NCBI GenBank assembly: GCA_963747245.1
Contig: CAVVEO010000004.1
Span: 17,876-81,875, forward strand
DNA length: 64,000 nt
Source: an uncultured Acidobacteriota bacterium
GTDB lineage: Bacteria; Acidobacteriota; Thermoanaerobaculia; Thermoanaerobaculales; Thermoanaerobaculaceae
Direction: 5' to 3'
Positions 29,549 through 38,368 of this stretch are shown here, in pieces; position 1 is the stretch's first letter; each line of letters opens with the position of its first letter. A program made the position numbers and the translations under genes. Under the pieces are notes generated by a model. That model was not told the origin of the DNA, did not search any database, and saw nothing but the letters and a program-made list of their open reading frames with translations.

Positions 29549-29672
29549 ACGGGCGAATAGCACTACTCTTACGTACATGTAATTGCGTCTCCTTTGAACT
29601 TACGACCCCTTCCCGGACTCCATTGTCCCTTCCGTGCCGCCTGCGTTCGCTTGCGGAAAAATCATCGCGCGT

Positions 29673-29688
29673 TGTGCGCACTTTCACG
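29673..29688 (+). promoter_or_regulatory. CRP/FNR-family-like operator half-sites (TGTGC-N6-TCACG) upstream of hdrC, with a TAGAAT -10-like box at 29729-29734
   Basis: Read from the sequence. The site centre lies roughly 60 nt upstream of the transcription start implied by TAGAAT. A second CTTTCAC copy occurs at 29713-29719. Confidence 0.25.
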
Positions 29689-29791
29689 ACATCGGCAAAC
29701 TACTAGTTCGTTCTTTCACAACAAGGCGTAGAATCCGATCTCGGTCGTCGGGAACGACCCCGCGGCTCGACCGCCCGAGGGAGGACGACAG

Positions 29792-30364
29792 ATGCGCTCG
29801 CCCCGATCCGCAGCCGGAGACCACGGCCGGCCATCGCTTGCCGAGGAGCTGCGCCGGGCCACCGGCGGCAACCCCGCCCGCTGCTACCAGTGCGGCAAGT
29901 GCTCCGCCGGGTGCCCGATGACGCCCGAAACGTCGCTTCGCCCGCACGACATCATGCGGCTCGTCAACCTCGACCGCCGCGACGAGTTGCTCGCCTCCCC
30001 CTCGATCTGGCTCTGCCTCACCTGCGAGACCTGCGTTGCGCGCTGTCCCAACCAGTGCGATCCCGCGCGCACGATCGACGCGCTGCGCGAGATGGCCGCC
30101 GCCTCGTCGCGCGAGGTGCCGCGCCCGATCGCGGCGTTCCACCGGTCGTTCCTCGGCCAGGTGCGCCGCACCGGCCGGATGTTCGAGCTCGGCCTCATGG
30201 TCGAATACAAGCTCCGCACCGGCGCGCTCCTCGCCGACGTGACCGCCGCCCCGGGCACGATCGCGCGCGGGAAGCTCGCCTTCGTGCCCCACGCGATCGC
30301 GGGGGTCCGCGACATCCGCCGCATCTTCGCGGCGTGCCAGGCTGCGGCCGAGGAGGAAGCGTGA
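29792..30364 (+). CDS. hdrC: Heterodisulfide reductase subunit C-like (2x[4Fe-4S])
   Basis: 190 aa with CYQCGKCSAGCP and CLTCETCVARCP. SD GAGGGAGGA upstream. Confidence 0.88.
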   Translation: MRSPRSAAGDHGRPSLAEELRRATGGNPARCYQCGKCSAGCPMTPETSLRPHDIMRLVNLDRRDELLASPSIWLCLTCETCVARCPNQCDPARTIDALREMAAASSREVPRPIAAFHRSFLGQVRRTGRMFELGLMVEYKLRTGALLADVTAAPGTIARGKLAFVPHAIAGVRDIRRIFAACQAAAEEEA

Positions 30365-31242
30365 GGCTCGGCTACTTTCCCGGCTGCTCCCTCCACGGCA
30401 CCGCGCGGGAGTTCGACGAGAGCGTGCGTGCGATCGCCGGTCCCCTCGGCCTCGACCTGGTCGAGATCGCCGACTGGTCGTGCTGCGGCGCCACCTCGGC
30501 GCACGCCACCAACCACCTGCTCGCCGTCGCGCTGGCGGCCCGCAACCTCGCCCTCGCCGAGTGCCAGGGGCACGGGGCCGTGATGGCGCCGTGCGCGGCG
30601 TGCTTCAACCGGCTCGCCGACGCCCGCCACGAGATCGGCAAGGACGAAGAGCTCGCCGGCCGCGTGTCCGGGATCCTCGGCCGACCGTTCGCGAACGCCG
30701 TCGCGGTGAAGAACCTCGTGGAGGTGTTGCAGCAGCTCGGCCCGGCGATCCGCGCGAGGGCCTCGAGACCGCTCGCTGGCCTCAAGGTCGCGTGCTACTA
30801 CGGGTGTCTGCTCGTCCGCCCCGGGGAGGTCTGCAACTTCGACGATCCCGAGGCCCCGACCGCGATGGAGGACGTCGTCACCTCCGCGGGCGCGACGCCC
30901 GTGAGATGGAACCTGCGCCTGGAGTGCTGCGGCGGAGGGTTCTCGATCCCCCGCACCGGCTCGGTGATCCGCCTTGGGCGCGCGATCCTCGCGGACGCCC
31001 GCGCCGCCGGCGCCGAGGCGATCGCCGTCGCCTGTCCGATGTGCCATTCCAACCTCGACTTCCGCCAGGGCGCCATGGCCCGCCGCGGCGACGCGCCGAT
31101 GCCCATCCTCTTCCTTTCCGAGTTGGTCGGCCTCGCGCTCGGCATCGAGCCGCGCCGTCTCGGGATGGAGCGCCACTACGTCAGCACGGCGCCGCTCGCG
31201 GCCTACACCCGCGACCCGGCTGCGAAGGCGGAGGTGCGCTGA
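30361..31242 (+). CDS. hdrB: Heterodisulfide reductase subunit B-like (two CCG domains)
   Basis: GTG start with a GTGA overlap to the hdrC stop. 293 aa: YFPGCSLHG.., DWSCCGA, ..CYYGC.., LECCGGG, ACPMCH. Confidence 0.9.
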   Translation: MRLGYFPGCSLHGTAREFDESVRAIAGPLGLDLVEIADWSCCGATSAHATNHLLAVALAARNLALAECQGHGAVMAPCAACFNRLADARHEIGKDEELAGRVSGILGRPFANAVAVKNLVEVLQQLGPAIRARASRPLAGLKVACYYGCLLVRPGEVCNFDDPEAPTAMEDVVTSAGATPVRWNLRLECCGGGFSIPRTGSVIRLGRAILADARAAGAEAIAVACPMCHSNLDFRQGAMARRGDAPMPILFLSELVGLALGIEPRRLGMERHYVSTAPLAAYTRDPAAKAEVR

Positions 31243-33263
31243 TGGCCCGCATCGGCGTGTTCGTGTGCCACTGCGGCGAGAACATCGCTCGAACCGTGGA
31301 CTGCGCGCGCGTGGCCGAGTCCCTGCGCGGGCTCCCCGGCGTGGCGCACGCCGTCGACTACAAATACATGTGCTCGGACCCGGGCCAGGCGCTCATCAAG
31401 CAGGCGATCGCCGAGAAGGGACTCACCGGCGTCGTTGTCGCAGCCTGCTCGCCGCACATGCACGAGAGGACGTTCCGCCGCGCGTGCGCCGCCTCGGGCC
31501 TCAACCCGTTCCTCGCCGAGATGGCCAACATCCGCGAGCACTGCTCGTGGATCCACGAGGACCGCAAGGCCGCGACCGACAAGGCCATCGACCTCGCCCG
31601 TTTCATCGTCGAGAAGGTCAAGAGGAACGTCCCGCTCGAGACGATCCGCATCCCCGTGGAGAGGCGGGCGCTCGTGATCGGAGGAGGCATCGCCGGCATC
31701 CAGGCGGCGCTGGACATCGCCGACGGCGGCGCGCAGGTGGTCCTCGTCGAAAAGGAGCCTTCGATCGGCGGACACATGAGCCAGCTCTCCGAGACGTTCC
31801 CAACCCTCGACTGCTCGCAGTGCATCCTCACGCCGCGCATGGTGGAGGTGGTCCAGCACCCCAACATCAGGCTCCTGGCGTACAGCGAGGTGGCTGAGGT
31901 CTCGGGCTACATCGGGAACTTCACCGTCACGATCCGCCAGAAGGCGCGGTACGTCGACGCCTCCGCGTGCAACGGCTGCGGCGCCTGCCAGAAGGCGTGC
32001 ATCGTCCGCAAGATCCCCTCCGAGTTCGACGAGCGCCTCGGGAAGCGAACCGCGATCTACGTGCCGTTCCCGCAGGCGGTGCCGAACATCCCGGTGCTCG
32101 ACCGCGACAACTGCGCTTACTTCAAGGCCAAGGCCAAGGGCGTCAAGAAGGACGCCTGCGGCAAGTGCAAGGAGGCGTGCAGCAAGGAAGCCATCGACTT
32201 CGAGCAAACGGACACGTTCGTCACCGAGAAGGTGGGCGCGATCGTCGTCGCCACCGGGTACTCGCTCTACTCGATCGCCAAGGAGCAGCCGGCGGGCCTT
32301 TCCGGCTACGGCGAATACGGCTACGGGACGATCCCCGACGTGATCGACGGCCTGCAGTTCGAACGCCTGGCCTCCGCCTCGGGGCCGACGGCGGGCAAGA
32401 TCGTCCGCCCGTCCGACGGCCGCGAACCGAAGCGCATCGTGTTCCTCCAGTGCGTCGGCTCCCGGGACCCGGCCAAGGGCATCGAGTACTGCTCGAAGAT
32501 CTGCTGCATGTACGTCGCCAAGCACACGATGCTCTACCGGCACAAGGTCCACGACGGCCAGGCGACCGTCTTCTACATGGACATCCGCGCCGGCGGCAAG
32601 GGGTACGACGAGTTCGTCCGGCGCGCCATCGAGGAGGACGGCGCCCGGTACGTCCGCGGCCGGGTCTCACGGATGTACCGCGACGGCGAGGCCATCAAGG
32701 TCTGCGGCTTCGACACGCTCTCCGCCGAGCCCGTCGTGATCGACGCCGACATGGTGGTGCTCGCGACCGCGATGCGCCCGCAACCCGGGATCGAGCTGCT
32801 CGCCCAGAAGCTCTCGGCTTCGTACGACACGCACGGCTTCTTCAACGAGGCGCACCCGAAGCTGCGGCCGGTGGAAACCAACACCGCGGGGGTGTACCTC
32901 GCTGGCGCCTGCCAGGCCCCGCGCGACATCCCCGACTCCGTGGCGATGGCCTCGGCCGCAGCGGCGAAGATCCTCGGGCTGTTCAGCAAGGCCGAGCTCG
33001 AGCGCGAGCCCACCGTGGCCCGGGTGGACGCCGCCGTCTGCGCCGGGTGCTTCCACTGCGAGCGCGTGTGCCCGTACGGCGCGGTGACACGCGCGGAGGT
33101 TCGCGACCGCAAGGGCAACGTCGTCAAAGTCGTCGCCGAGGTCAACCCCGGGGTTTGCCAGGGCTGCGGCACGTGTCAGGCCACCTGTCCGTCGAAGAGC
33201 ATCGAGCTCGCCGGGTTCACCGACGAGCAGATCTGGTCCGAGATCAACGCGCTGCTGGCATGA
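31242..33263 (+). CDS. hdrA: Heterodisulfide reductase subunit A-like flavoprotein (FAD + multiple Fe-S)
   Basis: ATG overlaps the hdrB stop. 673 aa: VFVCHCGENI, VIGGGIAGIQAALD, TLDCSQCILTPRM, and C-terminal ferredoxin motifs CAGCFHCERVCP and CQGCGTCQATCP. Confidence 0.93.
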   Translation: MARIGVFVCHCGENIARTVDCARVAESLRGLPGVAHAVDYKYMCSDPGQALIKQAIAEKGLTGVVVAACSPHMHERTFRRACAASGLNPFLAEMANIREHCSWIHEDRKAATDKAIDLARFIVEKVKRNVPLETIRIPVERRALVIGGGIAGIQAALDIADGGAQVVLVEKEPSIGGHMSQLSETFPTLDCSQCILTPRMVEVVQHPNIRLLAYSEVAEVSGYIGNFTVTIRQKARYVDASACNGCGACQKACIVRKIPSEFDERLGKRTAIYVPFPQAVPNIPVLDRDNCAYFKAKAKGVKKDACGKCKEACSKEAIDFEQTDTFVTEKVGAIVVATGYSLYSIAKEQPAGLSGYGEYGYGTIPDVIDGLQFERLASASGPTAGKIVRPSDGREPKRIVFLQCVGSRDPAKGIEYCSKICCMYVAKHTMLYRHKVHDGQATVFYMDIRAGGKGYDEFVRRAIEEDGARYVRGRVSRMYRDGEAIKVCGFDTLSAEPVVIDADMVVLATAMRPQPGIELLAQKLSASYDTHGFFNEAHPKLRPVETNTAGVYLAGACQAPRDIPDSVAMASAAAAKILGLFSKAELEREPTVARVDAAVCAGCFHCERVCPYGAVTRAEVRDRKGNVVKVVAEVNPGVCQGCGTCQATCPSKSIELAGFTDEQIWSEINALLA

Positions 33264-33380
33264 GAGACAGAGGCGTGCTCCGTGGTCGGTGGTCCGCAGC
33301 CGGCGGCCGGCGCTGCCGCCGGGCCGCGGCCCGGGTCGTATCCGCCCACCGGCCGCCCGCCACGCGGTTGGGGAGACAAC

Positions 33381-33833
33381 ATGGCGACACCCGCTGAGAA
33401 GATCGACGCGTTCGAGCCGCAGATGACCGCGTTCGTTTGCAACTGGTGCACCTACACCGGGGCCGACCTCGCAGGCACGAGCCGTTTGCAGATCGAACCC
33501 AACGTGAGGATCATCCGCCTCCCCTGCACCGGCCGCATCGACCCGCTCTTCATCATCAAGGCGTTCGAGCGCGGCGCCGACGGCGTGATCGTCTCGGGCT
33601 GTCATCCGGCCGATTGCCACTACACCTCCGGCAACTACCACGCCAGACGGCGTTTCGCCGTCTTCAAGGAGCTGGTCGAGTTCGTTGGCGTCGCGCCGGA
33701 GCGCCTGACGTTCTCCTGGGTCTCGGCCTCCGAGGGCCAGAAGTGGCGCGACGTCGTCAACGACGCCACCGCCCGCGTGCGCAGGTTGGGCCCGTTCGAC
33801 GCCTACCGGGCGCTGGCCGGGAGGCGCGGATGA
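33381..33833 (+). CDS. MvhD/FlxD-like [2Fe-2S] protein (methyl-viologen-reducing hydrogenase delta-subunit family)
   Basis: 150 aa from the internal ATG (MATPAEK..): FVCNWCTY, LPCTGRIDP, IVSGCHPADCHY. Confidence 0.88.
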   Translation: MATPAEKIDAFEPQMTAFVCNWCTYTGADLAGTSRLQIEPNVRIIRLPCTGRIDPLFIIKAFERGADGVIVSGCHPADCHYTSGNYHARRRFAVFKELVEFVGVAPERLTFSWVSASEGQKWRDVVNDATARVRRLGPFDAYRALAGRRG

Positions 33834-34702
33834 CGCAGCTGCAGGAGCTCGCGCGGACGTTGCTCTCCGAAGCCGCGGTCGGCGTCGTGATCGGCTGGGA
33901 GGAGGGGCCGCGCGGCGCGCGCCCCGCTTTCGTCACCGACCCCGCCCGGGCGGACCGCCTGATCTTCGACCGGCGCTGCACCGCGAACCTCGCAACCTAC
34001 CTTTCGCCGCGCCGCACTCACCTGGCGCCACTGGGCAAGGCCGCGGTAGTGGTCAAGGGGTGCGACGCGCGGGCCGTGGCCGGCCTCATCCGCGAGACCC
34101 AGATCAAGCGCGAGGATGTCGTCCTGATCGGCGTGCGCTGCGGCGGCGTTCTCGCCGACCCGGCGAGCACGGCGCCGCTCACCGCCGACACCGTGGCCGA
34201 CCGCTGCCCCGGCTGCCAGGCGCGCGAGCCCGGACTCGCGGACCACGTCGTCGGCGATCTGCCTCCGGCCCCCCCCGGCGAAGCGACGCGCGACGCTCTC
34301 ATCGCCCGGCTCGACGCGTCCAGCCCATCGGAACGCTGGGCGTTCTGGGTGCGCGAGTTTTCCCGTTGCGTGCGCTGCAACGCCTGCCGCGAGGTCTGCC
34401 CGATGTGCTTCTGCGAGCGCTGTGTGGCCGACAAGACGCAGCCGCAGTGGCTGGAGTCCTCGCCGCACCCGCGCGGGAACCTCGCCTGGCACCTGACGCG
34501 GGCGCTGCATCAGGCGGGCCGCTGCGCCGACTGCGGCGAGTGCGCGCGAGCGTGTCCGGCCGGCATCCCCCTCGGGCTTCTGAACCGGAAGGTCGCCAGG
34601 ATCGTCGCCGAGCGGTTCGACTACCGCGCGGGCGACGACCCGTCCGTGCCGGCGCCGATCGGCGCGTACTCGCTGTCGGACACCCAGGAGTTCATCCTGT
34701 GA
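33830..34702 (+). CDS. Fe-S protein, FlxC-like (4Fe-4S dicluster)
   Basis: 290 aa with an ATGA overlap to the previous gene: CVRCNACREVCPMCFC and CADCGECARACP. Confidence 0.75.
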   Translation: MTQLQELARTLLSEAAVGVVIGWEEGPRGARPAFVTDPARADRLIFDRRCTANLATYLSPRRTHLAPLGKAAVVVKGCDARAVAGLIRETQIKREDVVLIGVRCGGVLADPASTAPLTADTVADRCPGCQAREPGLADHVVGDLPPAPPGEATRDALIARLDASSPSERWAFWVREFSRCVRCNACREVCPMCFCERCVADKTQPQWLESSPHPRGNLAWHLTRALHQAGRCADCGECARACPAGIPLGLLNRKVARIVAERFDYRAGDDPSVPAPIGAYSLSDTQEFIL

Positions 34703-35772
34703 ACGCCAAGACGATCACTATCGCGAACCTGGCTGGGCTGGTCGACGACCTGGCGGCCGGAAACACGCGCGTGACGGCCCCGGCGCGGGCCGCCGACGGC
34801 AAGCTGGAGTACCGGGCGATCACCCGCTCCGAGGAGGCCGAAATCGGGGCCGGACTGCCGCGAAACTCGCTCAAGGAGTTCTTCCTCCCGCCCACCGAAC
34901 CCCTCTTCTCCTGGCGCCAGAGCAAGGGCGCCGTGACGGTGGAGCCGGTCCCGGTGTCGTTCCCGCCGCACCTGGTGCTCGGGGCGCGGCCGTGCGACGC
35001 CGCGGCGCTCGAGATCCTGGACCGGGTCATGGGCTGGGACTACCGCGACGAGCTCTGGTTCGGGCGCCGCGAGGCCACCACGATCGCCTCCGTCGCCTGT
35101 CCCGGCGTCGACGATTCGTGCTTCTGCACGGCGACGGGCGCGGGGCCCGATTCCACGCGCGGCTCCGACCTGATGATGGTGCCAATCGGCGGCGGCTACC
35201 TGGTCGAGACCGTGACGGCCAAGGGCGATGCGTTCGTCGCGGCGCACCAGCTCCGCTTCGCCGACGCCGCCGACCCGGGCCTCGCCGCGGCCGCCGAGGC
35301 GTTCCGCGCTGGGGCGAGCCGCAAGGTCGCCGAGAACCTCGCGCTCTCGCTGCCCGCGGTTCGGCGCTGGCTCAAGGACGGCTTCGAGCACGAGCTGTGG
35401 CGCGGGCTCGCCCTGCGCTGCCACGGCTGCGGGGCGTGCGCGTCGGTGTGCCCCACGTGCCACTGTTTCGACATCGTGGACGAGCCCGAGGGCGTCTGCG
35501 CCGGCACGCGGCGGCGCAACTGGGACACCTGCCAGACGGCGCGCTTCACCGTGCACGCGTCCGGCCACAACCCCCGCGCCGACCAGAGCGCGCGCTTTCG
35601 CCAACGGGTGATGCACAAGTTCTCGATCTACCCCGAACGCTTCGGCGAGGTCCTCTGCACCGGCTGCGGCCGTTGCGCCCGGGCCTGCCCGGGCGGCATG
35701 GACCTGCCCGAGATCCTGCGTGGCATCGCCGCCCTGGCCGGGACCGGCGGGGCCGCGGAGGCTGCCGTATGA
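34699..35772 (+). CDS. Fe-S protein, FlxB / AsrA / sulfhydrogenase-beta-like
   Basis: GTG start with a GTGA overlap. 357 aa: CHGCGACASVCPTCHCFD and CTGCGRCARACP. Confidence 0.75.
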   Translation: MNAKTITIANLAGLVDDLAAGNTRVTAPARAADGKLEYRAITRSEEAEIGAGLPRNSLKEFFLPPTEPLFSWRQSKGAVTVEPVPVSFPPHLVLGARPCDAAALEILDRVMGWDYRDELWFGRREATTIASVACPGVDDSCFCTATGAGPDSTRGSDLMMVPIGGGYLVETVTAKGDAFVAAHQLRFADAADPGLAAAAEAFRAGASRKVAENLALSLPAVRRWLKDGFEHELWRGLALRCHGCGACASVCPTCHCFDIVDEPEGVCAGTRRRNWDTCQTARFTVHASGHNPRADQSARFRQRVMHKFSIYPERFGEVLCTGCGRCARACPGGMDLPEILRGIAALAGTGGAAEAAV

Positions 35773-36599
35773 ACCTCTACCAGCCGCACCTCGTGACGAT
35801 CTCGGAGTCGATCGACGAGACGCCGGACACGCGCACCCTCCGGCTGGTGTTCCAGGACCCGCAACTCGCCGCGGGGTTCGATTTCAAGGCCGGGCAGTTC
35901 GGCGAGTACTCCGTCTTCGGCGCTGGCGAGTCGACGTTCTGCATCGCCTCCTCGCCCACCCGGAAGGGCTCGATCGAGTGCACGTTCAAGGCGGTCGGCA
36001 AGGCGACGAGAGCGATGCGCGAGCTGGCCGTCGGCGACACGATGGGTTTCCGCGGACCGTACGGCAACCACTTCCCGGTCGAGCGCATGGAGAAGGCCAG
36101 CGTCGTCTTCGTCGCCGGCGGCATCGGCCTCGCTCCGGTACGCTGCGTGATCTGGAACGTCCTCGACCGGCGGGACGCCTTCGACGAGGTGACGATCGTG
36201 TACGGTGCGCGCTCGGTTTCGGATCTCGTGTACAAGCGCGAGCTCGCCGAGTGGGCCGCGCGCGCGGACGTCAGACTGTGGCAGACCGTCGACCCGGGCG
36301 GCGAGACGCCGGAATGGAGGGGCGAGATCGGTTTCGTCCCGGCCGTCGTCGAGAAGGCCGCGCCGCCGGCCGCCAACGCCTATGCGGTCGTGTGCGGGCC
36401 TCCGGTGATGATCAAGTACACCCTGCCGGTCCTCCAGGGGCTCGGCTTTCCCGACGATCGGGTCTTCACGACGCTCGAGAACCGGATGAAGTGCGGCGTC
36501 GGCAAGTGCGGCCGCTGCAACGTGGGGGAGGTGTACGTCTGCAAGGACGGCCCGGTGTTCAGCGCCAGCCAGCTGGCGGCGCTGCCCGCCGAGTTCTAG
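35769..36599 (+). CDS. FAD/NAD(P)-binding oxidoreductase with C-terminal [2Fe-2S], FlxA / AsrB / PyrK-like
   Basis: ATGA overlap. 276 aa with an FNR-like fold (GQFGEY..S..SSP, VAGGIGLAPV) and a C-terminal CGVGKCGRCNV cluster motif. Confidence 0.82.
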   Translation: MNLYQPHLVTISESIDETPDTRTLRLVFQDPQLAAGFDFKAGQFGEYSVFGAGESTFCIASSPTRKGSIECTFKAVGKATRAMRELAVGDTMGFRGPYGNHFPVERMEKASVVFVAGGIGLAPVRCVIWNVLDRRDAFDEVTIVYGARSVSDLVYKRELAEWAARADVRLWQTVDPGGETPEWRGEIGFVPAVVEKAAPPAANAYAVVCGPPVMIKYTLPVLQGLGFPDDRVFTTLENRMKCGVGKCGRCNVGEVYVCKDGPVFSASQLAALPAEF

Positions 36600-36697
36600 A
36601 AGACGCATCAAATCGCAACACGCGCCGGCGCCGGGGCGCCAACTTGTGATATGATGCACAAGGCTGCCCCGTGAAGGGTGCAGCGGGGGGACGGACG

Positions 36698-37201
36698 ATG
36701 GCGACAACCGACGACCTCAAGGCGGCGTTCGCCGGCGAGAGCCAGGCGAACCGTACCTACCTCGCGTTCGCGAGGAAGGCGGAATCGGATGGGTTCAAGC
36801 AGATCGCCAAGCTGTTCCGGGCGGCGGCCGAGGCCGAGACCGTTCACGCCCTGGCGCACTTGCGGGCGATGGGCGGCGTCCGGACCACCGAGGCGAACCT
36901 CGAGGCGGCGATCGCGGGCGAGGCCTACGAGGCCACCGAGATGTACCCGGGGTTCCTGGCCGAGGCCGAGAGCGAAGGGAACAAGGCCGCGGTCGTGTCG
37001 TTCCGCAACGCCCTCGCCGTCGAAAAGGTCCACCACGCCCTCTACGCCGGCGCGCTCGCGGCGTTCAAGGAGGGTCGCGACCTTAAGGGCGCCCGCATCT
37101 GGATCTGCCCGGTGTGCGGCAACACCGTGGTCGGCGAGGAGCCGCCGTCGGCGTGTGACGTCTGCGGGGTGCCCGGCGACAGGTTCTCCGAGGTCAGTTA
37201 G
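36698..37201 (+). CDS. rbr: Rubrerythrin (diiron ferritin-like domain + C-terminal rubredoxin)
   Basis: ORF 36671.. trimmed to MATTDDLK.. Motifs ESQANRTY, EAETVHA and EKVHH, plus CPVCG..CDVCG. Confidence 0.92.
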   Translation: MATTDDLKAAFAGESQANRTYLAFARKAESDGFKQIAKLFRAAAEAETVHALAHLRAMGGVRTTEANLEAAIAGEAYEATEMYPGFLAEAESEGNKAAVVSFRNALAVEKVHHALYAGALAAFKEGRDLKGARIWICPVCGNTVVGEEPPSACDVCGVPGDRFSEVS

Positions 37202-37241
37202 CGGGCGCCGCGTGGCGCGGGCCCGGTCCGGCCGGAGGATC

Positions 37242-37269
37242 GCGTGGCCCGCCCGGCCGCGGGCCACGC
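37242..37269. terminator. Perfect 11-bp GC hairpin between convergent genes (possible bidirectional terminator; no U-tract)
   Basis: GCGTGGCCCGC-CCGGCC-GCGGGCCACGC read directly from the sequence. Confidence 0.35.
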
Positions 37270-37283
37270 GGGTCCGACCGCGT

Positions 37284-38117
37284 TCAGGGCTTCTGCGGCT
37301 GGAGAGCCGGTTTCGGCTCGTAGTGGCCGGGGCACCGCTGCTGGGGACCGGGCTCCATGCCGTACGTCAGGATCGGCTGCGCCATCCCGGGGACGACCAC
37401 CTTGAGCCCCCACTGGTGCGCGCGGTCGACCGGGTCCACAGCCGTGTGTGCGACGTCGACGACCTCGTCGATGTGGGTCGGCAGCGGCGCCGAGAAGACC
37501 TTGTCCGCGTTCGTATTGCCGGTGAAGACGGACCACACCGAGTAGGAGGCGATCCCGGCCGGGCTGTCGATCAGGATGTGCACCTTGACGTTGAGCCCGC
37601 CCGCGCAGTCGATGCTCACGATCTTCGCCTCGGGCTGCCTGGGTTCCCGGCAAAGGATCTCGAAGTTGGCGTGCGCCCACTGATGGGGTGCGCCCGGCGA
37701 CGTCGTCCTGACCGCCTCCCACCCCGCGAAGTGCGGCAGTTCGGGGCCGCCGAGCTGCCAGGTCGTGGAGACCGGTTTCGACCCGGGGGCGGTGAACGTG
37801 AGGGTCTTCTCGATGGTGTCGACGCCGCCATCGCTGCGATCGAAGAAGTAATTGACGACGCACGGGTTGTTCGGACCGATCTTGCCGGCGACCTTGATTG
37901 CGCCTTCGAACTTGATCGTCACCGGGCACTTCCCGGCGTACCTCGGAGGCAGCGCCCGCAAGGGCGCCTCGACGACGCGGCACGGCGCGGGCCTGATGTT
38001 GAGCTGCTCGACGTCCTTGACCTTCGCGGTCTGGGACCACGCCGAAGCTCCGAGGACCAGCGCGAACGTCACGACGAGAGACACGACGACGCGTGCGGAC
38101 ACCCGACGCTCTCTCAT
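37284..38117 (-). CDS. Secreted hypothetical protein (signal peptide, beta-rich, paired Cys)
   Basis: 277 aa with a signal peptide (..VTFALVLGASAWSQ). No recognisable family. The frame looks protein-like rather than a shadow ORF. Confidence 0.65.
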   Translation of the reverse strand: MRERRVSARVVVSLVVTFALVLGASAWSQTAKVKDVEQLNIRPAPCRVVEAPLRALPPRYAGKCPVTIKFEGAIKVAGKIGPNNPCVVNYFFDRSDGGVDTIEKTLTFTAPGSKPVSTTWQLGGPELPHFAGWEAVRTTSPGAPHQWAHANFEILCREPRQPEAKIVSIDCAGGLNVKVHILIDSPAGIASYSVWSVFTGNTNADKVFSAPLPTHIDEVVDVAHTAVDPVDRAHQWGLKVVVPGMAQPILTYGMEPGPQQRCPGHYEPKPALQPQKP

Positions 38118-38368
38118 GGTGCTCTCCTCCCTTGTTTTCTCAAGTATCGGCCCCGGATGGACCGGACGTCAAGGCCCGTGCTCGAGGCGAAGCCCATCCG
38201 CCCCCGGAGCCGGTGGAGAGACCCCGAGGAACCGCTTCGCCGCCTCCTCCAGCGCCTCGCCGGGGTGCTACGATACGGGTCGGGAAGGTTGCCGGGCGTT
38301 CGGTTTCCGGAGCCCCCGACTCCGCGCCGTTCCGACGGCGCCACCACCCAGAAACGCGAGGCAAGCTC

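Noticed and set aside
29464-29600. Sigma54 (-24 GG / -12 GC) promoter upstream of hybO at TGGTACGCGGGACTAAT.
   Set aside because: The GG and GC dinucleotides are not at the required 10-nt spacing. The same stretch fits a sigma70 TTGACA-N17-TAATTT promoter much better.
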